The translations under genes and the position numbers were made by a program. The notes under the pieces were generated by a model. The model was not told where the DNA came from. It was given only the letters and a program-made list of their open reading frames with translations, and searched no databases. Shown here one piece after another: positions 19,986 to 33,102 of a stretch of DNA of 64,000 nt. The DNA is from Escherichia phage JSE: the sequence record EU863408. One strand, 5' to 3'. Positions within the stretch are counted from its first letter, which is position 1. Every line of letters starts with the position of its first letter.

Positions 19986-21754
19986 TGATCGAACAGTTAA
20001 ACATTCGAAAGATCCCTAACGTCGATGGTGTCCCTGGAGAGGGACAGCATTCTATTAGCTGGATTAAAAATGGTGAATGTCTAAGCGCAGCAACCACAGA
20101 AACAGGACACGAGGGGACGCTTAACCGCGCCCCTTATGCGATTCAAGAAAATATTGTTCGTCTGGATGAAAATTCTAAGACAACGGTAACAAAAGTTAAC
20201 GAAGTTGTTACAGCAGTTAATGATATTAAAACTACTTTAGGCGCGGTTGCTGATGGTAGTATTATTGATATTGTCAATCAAACTATTGCAAAGGTTGATT
20301 CTGTAGAAGAAAATTTAGGAGAAACTTCAAGGATATTACAAACCACAGTAGATGAACTGGCAGAGACAGGAAAGAAAATTGGTGTTCGTCCGGCAGCAGA
20401 TCCGAGTACACGAACAATATATGATGATATTTCTTTCATCAAACAAGAATTGGGCGCTTTCCCTAACTTCAATATCAACGGTTCTCCAGATCCGGGTAGT
20501 TCCGGTTCCGGTATCAAATATCGAGTTATCCAGAATACGGAAGCATTAAACAACCACGGTCAGCGAATCCGCCAACTAGAAAACGACTGGCAAGATTCTG
20601 ACGTTGGAGAGCTAACAAAACAAGTTAACAAAATGCGAAGCGAGCTAGGCGATACATCACTAGCAACACAGGACAATGTTTATCTTCGTCTTCGCACAAA
20701 TACTCGCAATATCGCTAGTATATCAAACGAAGTTCAGGAAGTAAAGAAAGCGATTCTATTTGAATCAATTCCTGATATCGGGACTAAAGTAACTAAGCTA
20801 CAATCTGATTATACACAGCTTAATGATGAAGTCAACGGCGTTGACGCTGGTATCCGTCCTCGTTTAACTCTTCTGGAAAATAATATTGGCAATCCTCAAG
20901 CCGCTGGAAGTATTGATTATCGATTGACTAATCAAGAACGGGAATTTGTAGATCTTAAATCTGTTGTCGGTGTTAGTGGTGCTGATGGTCTACGTGGTGA
21001 GGTTGCACGAATCTCTAACACAGTTGGTACTGATAGTGAGCGTCATACTATCGCAGGTCGTCTAAAAATTGTCGAAAACACACAGGGACGACTAGAAGCT
21101 AGCGTACAGGATATCGAGCAAATGATCGGCGATCGAGATTCCGGTCTAACCGCCGGGGTTATTAAGCTGTCAAGCGACATGTACGGCAATCCAGAAGGAA
21201 GCACGCAGCTTGAACAAGATGGGATCGTGAAAACTGTTAAGGAATTGAGCACATCAAATGCAAGCAAGGTAACAGACGTTCCTGATGATGGTTTCCATTA
21301 TCTACGTAAGCACGGGGAATGGGTTCAGGTCGCATGGGCGGCTGGTGCATTTAAAAACACCGCTCAGATTGATATTACTCTCGACGGACAAGATCAATAC
21401 AAAGGAATCCCGCTAAACGATATGACCGAAGAAGTTCCTGCGCGTGGAATGGTTAAGAGCGAATCTCTTGTTACGGTTAACGACAAAGGCTTATTCCGTT
21501 GTGATTTCCGTTGTTCTGTAAATGCGGCACATAACGCTACTTTCGTAGTCGGTATTGCTAAAAATGGTCTGATTGTACATGAGGTACGAAATGGTCATTA
21601 TGGACCTGATGATTTAATTAGCTATTCTACCAGTGCTTTCCTAAATATTGAAAAGGGCGACCGGATCGATATTCGCATTAAGGGCGTATCCGAAGAAGCA
21701 TTAGCGCAACAGCTACAAATTAAAGAGTTCCTCTTTGGAATTTCTCCGGTATAA
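19985..21754 (+). CDS. wac: fibritin (wac-like) with extra C-terminal domain
   Basis: 589 aa; coiled-coil segments; foldon-like DGFHYLRKHGEWVQV followed by about 145 more residues. Confidence 0.65.
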   Translation: MIEQLNIRKIPNVDGVPGEGQHSISWIKNGECLSAATTETGHEGTLNRAPYAIQENIVRLDENSKTTVTKVNEVVTAVNDIKTTLGAVADGSIIDIVNQTIAKVDSVEENLGETSRILQTTVDELAETGKKIGVRPAADPSTRTIYDDISFIKQELGAFPNFNINGSPDPGSSGSGIKYRVIQNTEALNNHGQRIRQLENDWQDSDVGELTKQVNKMRSELGDTSLATQDNVYLRLRTNTRNIASISNEVQEVKKAILFESIPDIGTKVTKLQSDYTQLNDEVNGVDAGIRPRLTLLENNIGNPQAAGSIDYRLTNQEREFVDLKSVVGVSGADGLRGEVARISNTVGTDSERHTIAGRLKIVENTQGRLEASVQDIEQMIGDRDSGLTAGVIKLSSDMYGNPEGSTQLEQDGIVKTVKELSTSNASKVTDVPDDGFHYLRKHGEWVQVAWAAGAFKNTAQIDITLDGQDQYKGIPLNDMTEEVPARGMVKSESLVTVNDKGLFRCDFRCSVNAAHNATFVVGIAKNGLIVHEVRNGHYGPDDLISYSTSAFLNIEKGDRIDIRIKGVSEEALAQQLQIKEFLFGISPV

Positions 21755-21760
21755 GAAATT

Positions 21761-21784
21761 AAAGGGGCGTTAAGCCCCTTTTTC
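21761..21784 (+). terminator. intrinsic terminator after wac
   Basis: GGGGC-gttaa-GCCCC followed by TTTTT. Confidence 0.55.
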
Positions 21785-21800
21785 GTTTATAGGTGATATT

Positions 21801-22733
21801 ATGTCAGGATATGTAACCAATAACCCAAGAGAATTAAAAGACGCTATTCTGCGTCGTTTAGGCGCACCAGTAATTAACGTAGAAGTAACAGAAGACCAGA
21901 TTTACGATTGTATTCAGAGAGCATTAGAACTCTATGGGGAATATCATTTCGATGGTGTGAATAAAGGATATAAAGTATTTCGTGTTAGTGCAGAGCAAGC
22001 GCAACACGGGGTATTTGATTTAAGCGATTCTGGAGTATTCGCAGTAACTAAAATAATTCGAACAAACGTAGGTAGCGCGGCTACGATGGATGGTACTGCC
22101 GTTTATCCGTGGTTTACTGACTTTCTGTTGGGTTTAGCGGGTGTAAATGGCGGTTTAGGATCTGGCTGTAGTAAATTTTATGGACCAAATGCAATGGGCG
22201 GTGATCTAGGATATTTCGAACAGCTTATGAGCTATCGAGCCACTATGCAAAATATGCTTAATCCGCTGCCAGATTATTGGTATAATAGCGCAAACGGACA
22301 ACTTAAGATAACAGGAAACTTCCGAGAAGGTGATCTCATTGTTGTTGAATTATATGTTAAAAGTTATGTTGATGTACCTGATATGATCGGCGCGGTTGCT
22401 GGTTATGCTCATGCGGGAGGATGTTCTACCGCTGGCGGGATTAGCGCCGTTTATGATAACCCAACTGCTGGTTTAAGCGGGATTGTTGCTGGCATGGGAC
22501 CGATCCGTGATAACAAGCAGGGCGCATATAATAACCGTTGGGTTAAAGACTGCGCGACTGCGTTTACTCGTGAGCTATGGGGGCAGATCTTAGCTAAACA
22601 TCAAGGGTTGCAATTACCAGGTGGTGTCACTGTTGATGGTGTCAGAATCATCGAAGAAGCACGCGCGGATATTGAGAAATTGCGACAAGAACTACTTGAC
22701 TTAGATCCTCCGTTCGGCATCCTCATGATTTGA
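21801..22733 (+). CDS. 13: neck protein gp13-like
   Basis: 310 aa; position. Confidence 0.75.
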   Translation: MSGYVTNNPRELKDAILRRLGAPVINVEVTEDQIYDCIQRALELYGEYHFDGVNKGYKVFRVSAEQAQHGVFDLSDSGVFAVTKIIRTNVGSAATMDGTAVYPWFTDFLLGLAGVNGGLGSGCSKFYGPNAMGGDLGYFEQLMSYRATMQNMLNPLPDYWYNSANGQLKITGNFREGDLIVVELYVKSYVDVPDMIGAVAGYAHAGGCSTAGGISAVYDNPTAGLSGIVAGMGPIRDNKQGAYNNRWVKDCATAFTRELWGQILAKHQGLQLPGGVTVDGVRIIEEARADIEKLRQELLDLDPPFGILMI

Positions 22734-22769
22734 TTTATTGGGGGAGTATTCCCCCATTTGGAGTAACAT

Positions 22770-23510
22770 ATGTTTAACAACACTCTTTTTGCTCGCCTTG
22801 AATCGCAAAAGGATTATGAGAATACACGACAAACCGAGATTCTCAATCCTTACGTAAATTTCAACCGTCATACAAACACCCAGACGTTAGCCGACGTTAT
22901 GGTCGCCGAAGCTATTCAGATGCGAGGTGTAGAATTATATTACATCCCTCGTGAATTTGTCAAACCAGATATGATCTTTGGTGAGGATGTTCAAAGCAAA
23001 TTTACTAAAGCATGGAAATTTGCTGCGTATATAAACTCTTTCGACGGGTATGAAGGTGCAGGAAACTTTTTTCAATCTATGGGTTATACGGCAAACGACG
23101 AATTAACGTTTACGGTGAATCCTAACCTATTCAAGCATCAAGTAGATGATCAAGAGCCAAAATCAGGTGACTTGATTTATATTCCAATGAGTAATGATCT
23201 CTTTGAAATTAATTACGTCGAGCCATATCAGCCGTTTTTTCAGGCTGGCAAAAATGCCATGCGTAAAATTATTGCAGAGAAATTTGTGTATAGCGGTGAG
23301 GAATTGCGACCAGAATTACAACGCAATGAGGGAATTAATGTTGATGAGTTTGCGGATCTGGATCTTGCACCGATCACTAATCTGGACGGGTTAACAGATA
23401 TCAACTTAGATCAGTACAAAGAAGATAAGCAATTCAGAAGCGAAGGACAAGATTTTATTGATCCGTTTGATCCTATTAATGGCAAGGGTTCACCTTTCTC
23501 CGATTTTTGA
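22770..23510 (+). CDS. 14: neck protein gp14-like
   Basis: 246 aa; position. Confidence 0.75.
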   Translation: MFNNTLFARLESQKDYENTRQTEILNPYVNFNRHTNTQTLADVMVAEAIQMRGVELYYIPREFVKPDMIFGEDVQSKFTKAWKFAAYINSFDGYEGAGNFFQSMGYTANDELTFTVNPNLFKHQVDDQEPKSGDLIYIPMSNDLFEINYVEPYQPFFQAGKNAMRKIIAEKFVYSGEELRPELQRNEGINVDEFADLDLAPITNLDGLTDINLDQYKEDKQFRSEGQDFIDPFDPINGKGSPFSDF

Positions 23511-23550
23511 TAAATACTTGTATTGATATAATATAAGGATCTAATGACTT

Positions 23551-24306
23551 ATGAAAAACTATTATCTATACGAAATAAAGAACAATATAAATGGTAAGAT
23601 ATATGTTGGCATTCGTGGGTATGATGGTGACATAAGTCAAGATCCTTATATGGGTAGTGGATTGACTCTTAAGAGGTCTATTAAAAAGAACGGGATAGAA
23701 AACTTCACAAAAACAATTCTCAAAACGTTTGACTCATGGAAAGAGGCAAGGAAAGCAGAAAGAGAAATAGTTACAGAGGAATTTGTAAAAAGAGAAGATA
23801 CCTATAATGTTTCGGTTGGTGGACAAGGTGGAAATACTCACGCTGGGATGAGCGAAGAACGAAGAAAACTTGCAAGCGAAAGACACGCAGAAGCAAACCG
23901 AAATAGAGTATGGAAGCAAGAATCTAGAGATAAGGTTAGCGCAAGATTCAAAGGTCATAAGCTATCACAGAAGCAGATAGACGCGCTAAAGAAGGCAAAC
24001 ACAGGAAGAAAGTTCACAGAAGAACACAAGTTCAAAATAGGTAAAACGTGGCGAGGAAAGAAACGACCAGATATAGGAGAGAAGGTTGCGGCAAAATTAA
24101 CAGGGAGAAAACTACCCCCAGAACATGTGGCAGCAATAACGCAAAATACACCGAGAGGAAAACAACACTTTAGGGCAAAAAGATTCTTCATCGACGATAT
24201 GGAATTTTATATTTTGAGTGATGCAGCTAAAATGTTTGGTATAAGTTATAAAACGGTTAAAGCTAGACTTCTCTCAGATAAGTTTCCTACATGGAGATAT
24301 GAATAA
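23551..24306 (+). mobile_element. free-standing GIY-YIG homing endonuclease (Seg-like) between genes 14 and 15
   Basis: 251 aa; N-terminal YYLYEIKNNINGKIYVGIRG with downstream R, E and N; basic repeats HKLSQKQIDALKKANTGRKFTEEHKFKIGK; C-terminal HTH-like segment. Confidence 0.75.
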
Positions 24307-25140
24307 ATGTTTTCACATTTTTACAATTCGTCAATTAGAAGGTATATTGTATTGCTGGGTAATTTATTCTCCGGCGTACAAATTAAAAGGGTGCGTAGTG
24401 ACGGTGAGCGTTTTATTAAAGTTCCTATCACCTACGCAAAGAAAGAAAAATTCATGATGAGTCTGGACAAATATAACAATATCTTAAGCGAGGAAGACGT
24501 CGCAAAGGTAGAAACTATTTTACCTCGTATGTGTCTTTCTTTGATTGATATGACATACGCCCAGAACTTTAAAACCAATATTGCAAATAAGACAGTACCA
24601 AAATATACGGCTGATGGAATCAGGAGCGTAACACAATATAATCCTGTACCATATAAGTTTACTTTCGAGTTAGGGATTTATACGCGTAACGAAGATGATA
24701 TGTTTCAGATAATTGAACAGATTCTTCCTTACTTCCAGCCTCATTTTAACTGTAAGATTAAAGAACTACACGGTAATGATGTATGGATTGATCGAGATAT
24801 TCAGGTCACAATTAGTTCTATTACTCCAGATGAACAGGTAGGCGAAGATAAGTTTTCTCGTCGTCGTCTTGAGTGGACCATTATGTTTGAGTTCATCGGG
24901 TTTATCTATCCTCCAGCCACCGACGTTAAGGGGGAAATCAGAACGATTTATCTTGATTTTCATGCTAATTCTCGTGAATTAAATCCTAGCGGTAATTTTG
25001 AATCAGTGGATCATGAAGTTGTTAAACGTGATGTTGAGCAAGAAGAATGGGACGGAACTATCAAAGAATCATATTCTAGTGATATTCCAATACCAGTTGC
25101 ACCGACTCCACCGGGTCCACGTATTGTAAGAGAATTTTAA
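24307..25140 (+). CDS. 15: tail sheath stabilizer / tail completion gp15-like
   Basis: 277 aa; position. Confidence 0.8.
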   Translation: MFSHFYNSSIRRYIVLLGNLFSGVQIKRVRSDGERFIKVPITYAKKEKFMMSLDKYNNILSEEDVAKVETILPRMCLSLIDMTYAQNFKTNIANKTVPKYTADGIRSVTQYNPVPYKFTFELGIYTRNEDDMFQIIEQILPYFQPHFNCKIKELHGNDVWIDRDIQVTISSITPDEQVGEDKFSRRRLEWTIMFEFIGFIYPPATDVKGEIRTIYLDFHANSRELNPSGNFESVDHEVVKRDVEQEEWDGTIKESYSSDIPIPVAPTPPGPRIVREF

Positions 25141-25153
25141 GAGGTAATTTATT

Positions 25154-27474
<2,321 letters not shown>

Positions 27475-27505
27475 CGATAATGCATAAAAAGATGAGGAAA
27501 TTCTA

Positions 27506-29509
27506 ATGACTCTATTATCACCGGGTTTCGAAACGAAAGAAACTACTCTCTCCACTACCATTGTGCAATCTGCGACTGGTCGCGCGGCGCTGGTAGGTAA
27601 ATTTCAATGGGGTCCAGCTTTCCAGATTGTTCAAGTAACTAATGAAGTTGAATTAGTTAATAAATTTGGTCAGCCGGATAATAACACCGCAGACTATTTC
27701 ATGAGCGGGGCTAACTTCCTCCAGTATGGCAATGACCTGCGTGTTGTTCGTGTACTCAATAAAGAAAAAGCAAAAAACGCAACTGCCCTAGCTGGTAACG
27801 TAGAGTTTGAAATCACAAACGAAGGTTCAAACTATGAAGTAGGCGATACCATCAAGATTAAACATAACCGTCAAGATATTGAAACGGCAGGTAAAGTAAC
27901 TAAAGTTGATGGTGATGGTAAAGTTAAGGGCGTATTTATCCCAACTGGTAAAATTATCGCTCACGCTAAAGCAATCGGTGTATATCCAGAACTTGATGGC
28001 GGTTGGACGGCAGAGTTCACTTCTTCGTCAGGTAACGGTAGTGCGGCGCTGTCAGTAACTAAAATTGTTACCGATTCCGGTCTTCTCTTAACGGATCTGG
28101 AAACTTCCCGAGCCAATATCACCAATCAAGATTTTTTGACTAAGCTCAAAAAGTATGATATGCCAGCGGTAAGTGCAATCTATGCTGGTGAGATCGGCAA
28201 CTCTCTGGAAGTTGAAATTCTGGCACGTAGCTCGTTCAGTGGCGCGGTAGCACCTGAATTAACTATGTATCCGTTCGGCGGAACTCGTGCCGCAGCACGC
28301 AACCTAATTCCATATGCACCGCAGAATGATAATCAATATGCGTTTATTGTTCGTCGAGATGGTGTTGTGGTAGAATCCTATGTACTGTCTACTCTGAAAG
28401 GGGATAAAGACGTATACGGCAATTCTATCTACATGGACGACTTCTTTGCTCGTGGTTCTAGCCAGTACATCTATGCAACCGCTCAAGGGTGGGTAGATGG
28501 TTTCAGTGGTATTATCTCTCTTGCTGGTGGTGTGTCTGCTAACGAAGCCAGTACGGGCGACCGTGGAAATGATCCGTTCATTGGTGCGATGATGCAAGGT
28601 TGGGATCTGTTTGCTGAACGAGAATCTATTCACGTAAACCTGTTGATTGCTGGTGCATGTGCTGGCGAAGGCGATGCGTTCTCTACCGTACAGAAACATG
28701 CTGTTTCCATCGGTGATGAGCGTCAGGATTGCTTAGTAATGGTTTCTCCGCCGCGTAGCACTGTTGTTAATATTCCGGTCACTACCGCAATCGATAATCT
28801 GATCGCATGGCGAGAAGGAAATAGCAATTATTCAGACAACAACATGAACATTAATACCACTTACGCGGTTATTGATGGTAACTACAAATATCAGTATGAC
28901 AAATACAACGACGTAAACCGTTGGGTTCCGTTGGCTGCTGATATTGCTGGTTTGTGCGCTCGTACTGATGCTGTATCCCAGCCGTGGATGAGTCCGGCAG
29001 GTTATAACCGTGGTCAGATCATGAACGTGGTTAAACTGGCTATTGAGCCTCGCAAGGCACACCGTGATCGTCTGTATCAGGCTGCAATTAACCCGGTGAT
29101 CGGTGCTGGTGGTGAAGGGTTTATCCTGATGGGTGATAAAACCGCTACGACTGTTCCTAGCCCGTTTGACCGCATTAACGTTCGTCGTCTGTTTAACATG
29201 CTGAAAAAGAATATCGGCGATTCAAGCAAATACAAACTGTTTGAAAACAACGATAACTTTACTCGCGCTTCCTTCCGTATGGAGGTTTCGCAATATCTCA
29301 GCACGATTCGCTCTCTTGGTGGCATTTATGACTTCCGAGTACAATGCGACACCACGAACAACACGCCGGATGTAATTGATCGTAACGAATTTGTTGCTAG
29401 TATGTTCATCAAACCAGCAAAATCGATCAACTATATCATGCTCAATTTCACTGCTGTTGCAACTGGTGCTGATTTTGACGAAATTATCGGTCCAGCTAAC
29501 CAGGCATAA
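27506..29509 (+). CDS. 18: tail sheath protein gp18-like
   Basis: 667 aa; size and position. Confidence 0.9.
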   Translation: MTLLSPGFETKETTLSTTIVQSATGRAALVGKFQWGPAFQIVQVTNEVELVNKFGQPDNNTADYFMSGANFLQYGNDLRVVRVLNKEKAKNATALAGNVEFEITNEGSNYEVGDTIKIKHNRQDIETAGKVTKVDGDGKVKGVFIPTGKIIAHAKAIGVYPELDGGWTAEFTSSSGNGSAALSVTKIVTDSGLLLTDLETSRANITNQDFLTKLKKYDMPAVSAIYAGEIGNSLEVEILARSSFSGAVAPELTMYPFGGTRAAARNLIPYAPQNDNQYAFIVRRDGVVVESYVLSTLKGDKDVYGNSIYMDDFFARGSSQYIYATAQGWVDGFSGIISLAGGVSANEASTGDRGNDPFIGAMMQGWDLFAERESIHVNLLIAGACAGEGDAFSTVQKHAVSIGDERQDCLVMVSPPRSTVVNIPVTTAIDNLIAWREGNSNYSDNNMNINTTYAVIDGNYKYQYDKYNDVNRWVPLAADIAGLCARTDAVSQPWMSPAGYNRGQIMNVVKLAIEPRKAHRDRLYQAAINPVIGAGGEGFILMGDKTATTVPSPFDRINVRRLFNMLKKNIGDSSKYKLFENNDNFTRASFRMEVSQYLSTIRSLGGIYDFRVQCDTTNNTPDVIDRNEFVASMFIKPAKSINYIMLNFTAVATGADFDEIIGPANQA

Positions 29510-29543
29510 TCAGTAAATTAGCATAGATTAAAAGTTAAATCAA

Positions 29544-29568
29544 GCGGGGATTTTCTCCCCGCTCTATT
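29544..29568 (+). terminator. hairpin/terminator between genes 18 and 19
   Basis: GCGGGGA-tttt-CTCCCCGC. Confidence 0.45.
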
Positions 29569-29582
29569 AAGGAATATCAATT

Positions 29583-30077
29583 ATGGCACTCGATTTGAAT
29601 GATATTACACGCGGTTTCGAGTCTGGCGATTTTGCTCGTCCTAACCTGTTTGAAGTTGAGATCCCGTATCTGGGGCAAAACTTTAAGCTGATGTGTAAGG
29701 CTGCGACTGTCCCGGCTGCTACCGTAGAAAAAATTGCTGTAGGCTATCAAAACCGTAAAATTAACATCGCTGGCGACCGTGTATACGACGACTGGACCAT
29801 CACTGTATTCAACGATGACGCACACAAGATCCGTGATGCTATCGTTGCATGGAGCGATCAGACACATGGCACAGGTTCGGCGATCACTGGTGCAACTCCT
29901 GCACAATATAAGAAACAAGCTATTGTTCGTCAACTTAACCGTAACACCGAATCAACTAGCGAAAAAACATTGTACGGTATTTTCCCGACCAACGTTGGTG
30001 AAGTAACCCTCGATTGGGAACAAAACAACGAAGTTGAAACGTTTGAAGTTACTTTTGCTATCGATTGGGTAGAATAA
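29583..30077 (+). CDS. 19: tail tube protein gp19-like
   Basis: 164 aa; position. Confidence 0.85.
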   Translation: MALDLNDITRGFESGDFARPNLFEVEIPYLGQNFKLMCKAATVPAATVEKIAVGYQNRKINIAGDRVYDDWTITVFNDDAHKIRDAIVAWSDQTHGTGSAITGATPAQYKKQAIVRQLNRNTESTSEKTLYGIFPTNVGEVTLDWEQNNEVETFEVTFAIDWVE

Positions 30078-30090
30078 ATATATTATCATG

Positions 30091-30118
30091 CGGGGAGAAG
30101 TTCCCCGCTTAATTTCTC
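30091..30118 (+). terminator. hairpin/terminator between genes 19 and 20
   Basis: GCGGGGA-gaagt-TCCCCGC then TTAATTTCTC. Confidence 0.45.
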
Positions 30119-30135
30119 CCAATTCGAGGTGAATA

Positions 30136-31701
30136 ATGTTTAGTAGATTAAAAATGCTTGCGCGTTGGGCTGATTTTGACAACGACAAATACGAAGAACA
30201 AATTAAAGATAAAGCAGAGTCTATCGCCGCACCTAAAAACAATGATGGTGCTACGGAAGTAGAAATTAATGATAATTCACCTGCTAGCGCGTGGAACTCT
30301 ATTACCCAGCAATTTTACAGCACCGACCAGAAAATCAGCACAACTAAGCAATTAGTTAACACATATCGCGGTTTGATGAATAACCATGAAGTCGAAAACG
30401 CTGTACAAAATATCGTTAACGATGCGATTGTATTTGAAGAAGGTCATGAAGTTGTTTCATTAAATCTTGAGGCGACTGGCTTTAGTGAATCTGTAAAAGA
30501 GCGCATTCATGAAGAATTTAAAGATCTTTTAAACACTATCCAGTTTGATAAGCGTGGTCAGGATATGTTCCGTCGCTGGTATGTCGATTCGCGTATTTTC
30601 TTCCATAAAATCATCGGCAAAAATCCAAAAGATGGTATCGTAGAATTACGCCAGCTTGACCCACGAAATCTTGAATACGTTCGAGAGATCATTACAGAAG
30701 ACACACCGGAAGGTAAAATTTATAAAGCAACGAAAGAATATTTCATTTACACTGTAGGCAATAGCTCTTATTGCGCAGGTGGTCAAGTATTCTCTCCTAA
30801 TAGTCGCGTTAAAATCCCGCGTAGTGCTATTACATACGCTCACAGCGGCTTGATGGATTGCGATGATAAATATATCATTGGTTATTTGCATCGGGCTGTT
30901 AAGCCAGCAAACCAGCTTAAATTGTTGGAAGACGCAATGGTCGTTTATCGTATCACGCGTGCACCGGAACGCCGAGTGTTCTTTATTGATACCGGAAACA
31001 TGAACAACCGCAAGGCTGCACAGCACATGAACTCAGTGGCACAGTCTTTTAAAAACCGCGTTGTTTATGATGCATCGACTGGTAAACTTAAAAACCAGCA
31101 AGCAAATCTATCAATGACAGAGGACTACTGGTTACAGCGTCGAGATGGTAAAGCAATCACCGACGTTACTACTTTACCGGGTGCATCCGGTATGAGTGAT
31201 ATCGATGATATTCGCTACTTTAACCGTAAATTGTATGAAGCGTTGCGTGTGCCATTGTCACGTAGCAATCTCTCCGATGCTAATATGGTGATCGGTGGTG
31301 ATGGTTCAGAAATTACTCGCGATGAGTTGGAATTTTCGAAATTCATTAGAACTCTGCAATCACAGTTTTCGGAAGTATTGCGCGATCCTCTGAAATATAA
31401 TCTGATTCTCAAAAATGTAATTACGGAAGACGATTGGGATCGTGAAATAAATAATATCAAGGTGGTTTTCCATCGGGACTCTTACTATACAGAAGTTAAA
31501 GACGCGGAAATTTTAGAACGTCGAATCGGTCTAATCGAACGTATTACACCTTACATTGGTAAATATTTCTCTAACCAGACAGTGATGCGTGACATTCTGA
31601 AATATACCGATGACCAGATGGACACCGAGAAGAAACAGATCGAAGAAGAAGCGAACGATCCGCGCTTTAAACAAACTCCCGATGAAATAGAGGATTTTTA
31701 A
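30136..31701 (+). CDS. 20: portal vertex protein gp20-like
   Basis: 521 aa; position. Confidence 0.9.
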   Translation: MFSRLKMLARWADFDNDKYEEQIKDKAESIAAPKNNDGATEVEINDNSPASAWNSITQQFYSTDQKISTTKQLVNTYRGLMNNHEVENAVQNIVNDAIVFEEGHEVVSLNLEATGFSESVKERIHEEFKDLLNTIQFDKRGQDMFRRWYVDSRIFFHKIIGKNPKDGIVELRQLDPRNLEYVREIITEDTPEGKIYKATKEYFIYTVGNSSYCAGGQVFSPNSRVKIPRSAITYAHSGLMDCDDKYIIGYLHRAVKPANQLKLLEDAMVVYRITRAPERRVFFIDTGNMNNRKAAQHMNSVAQSFKNRVVYDASTGKLKNQQANLSMTEDYWLQRRDGKAITDVTTLPGASGMSDIDDIRYFNRKLYEALRVPLSRSNLSDANMVIGGDGSEITRDELEFSKFIRTLQSQFSEVLRDPLKYNLILKNVITEDDWDREINNIKVVFHRDSYYTEVKDAEILERRIGLIERITPYIGKYFSNQTVMRDILKYTDDQMDTEKKQIEEEANDPRFKQTPDEIEDF

Positions 31702-31944
31702 ATGAAACAATTTATCGAAGCAATTAAAACTCGCGATCTAACGCTGATCGAAAAAGAATTTGATAAGATCATGGAGGCTAAAAAAGCCCAGATCATCGAA
31801 TCCCAGCGTGTCGAAATCGCATCCAGTATCATGATCGAAGGTGAAGAAGAAAAAGACCGCGATGATGAAGAAGATATGGAAGATGAAGATGAGGACGACG
31901 AAGATCGCAAAGACGATAAAAAAGACAAAGAAGACGACGAATAA
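31702..31944 (+). CDS. 67: prohead core protein gp67-like
   Basis: 80 aa with strongly acidic D/E-rich C-terminal half. Confidence 0.65.
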   Translation: MKQFIEAIKTRDLTLIEKEFDKIMEAKKAQIIESQRVEIASSIMIEGEEEKDRDDEEDMEDEDEDDEDRKDDKKDKEDDE

Positions 31945-31956
31945 TAGGAAGCCAAC

Positions 31957-32364
31957 ATGATTAAAGATTTTACTCCTAAAGCTGACTTAGAAACTTTTCT
32001 GCCGGAAGCACAGGAAAAATTGGACATGTTGGCTATGTTTGAGTCAGAAGAACTATTGAAAATCGTTGAAGGTATCTCCGAGGATGAGCCGGAACTGGCG
32101 GTAGCAATGCTGTCTATCATCGACGGAATTACTGTAAATGAAGCAATGGTTAAACATGTAAACGCACGCGGGGAAGTTGAACGTAAGAAAGATCGCAAAA
32201 CCCGTGAGCGTAATGCTTACATGACTACTGGCCTAAGCAAAGCTAAACGCCGTCAAATTGCCCGTCGTGCTGCAAAAACCAAACGTGCAAATCCATCTAT
32301 CGAACGTCATGCGGAACGTAAGCGCAAAAAAGCAATGCGTAAACGTAAGGCGTTAGGATTATAA
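31957..32364 (+). CDS. 68: prohead core protein gp68-like
   Basis: 135 aa; basic C-terminus; position. Confidence 0.65.
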   Translation: MIKDFTPKADLETFLPEAQEKLDMLAMFESEELLKIVEGISEDEPELAVAMLSIIDGITVNEAMVKHVNARGEVERKKDRKTRERNAYMTTGLSKAKRRQIARRAAKTKRANPSIERHAERKRKKAMRKRKALGL

Positions 32365-32375
32365 CAGGAAACAAC

Positions 32376-33071
32376 ATGGAAAAGAACGAATTACTGATCG
32401 AACAATGGGGCGTTCCTTGTGCTCGCGGTAGTTCGTCATTGCTTGAATCATTTGATGATAAGGCTACAGGAAATCTCTATATTCAAGGGATTTTCCTGCA
32501 AGCCGAAACGGTAAACCGTAATAAACGCTGGTATCCTCGCAGTGTTCTAGAAAATGCGGTTACTAAATACATACATGAACAAGTTGAGACACATCAAGCT
32601 CTAGGCGAACTTAATCACCCAGCAAGAGCAATGCCAGATCCATCTAATGCTTGCATCATAATTGAAAAATTGTGGTGGGAAGGTAATAACGTGATGGGTA
32701 AAGCCCGTGTTATTGAAGGGGATAAAGGCGCAGGTGATAAACTTGCTGCACTGATTCGCGCTGGCTGGATTCCTGGCGTTTCCTCCCGTGGATTGGGTCG
32801 GTTGAAAGACTCTGGTCGCGGATACAATATTGTACAGGAAGGTTTTGTGTTGACGGTTGGTGTTGATGTTGTTTGGGGTCCGAGCGCACCGGATGCGTGG
32901 GTAACTCCTGTGGTTGAGTCAACGGATAGCGATTCTAGCGCGTCAGACGCACCAGAAAGCGATAAAACCGAAAAAGTGACTAACCCTACAGCCTCACAAC
33001 AAAACATCGTAGAATCGAATAATAGCGCGTTTATGGCGCTCGCAGAAGCGTTATCTAAACGCTATAAATAA
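32376..33071 (+). CDS. 21: prohead core protease gp21-like
   Basis: 231 aa; position before the scaffold gene. Confidence 0.8.
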   Translation: MEKNELLIEQWGVPCARGSSSLLESFDDKATGNLYIQGIFLQAETVNRNKRWYPRSVLENAVTKYIHEQVETHQALGELNHPARAMPDPSNACIIIEKLWWEGNNVMGKARVIEGDKGAGDKLAALIRAGWIPGVSSRGLGRLKDSGRGYNIVQEGFVLTVGVDVVWGPSAPDAWVTPVVESTDSDSSASDAPESDKTEKVTNPTASQQNIVESNNSAFMALAEALSKRYK

Positions 33072-33102
33072 TAACGTCGTTATCAACAAGAAGGTTATAA
33101 CC

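Noticed and set aside
31850-31935. Apparent GAAGA/GAT tandem DNA repeat
   Set aside because: It encodes the D/E-rich tail of gp67 rather than being a non-coding repeat.
31698-32198. 166-aa serine-rich minus-strand ORF
   Set aside because: Antisense to the acidic gp67/gp68 genes; its serine codons mirror their GAA/GAT repeats.
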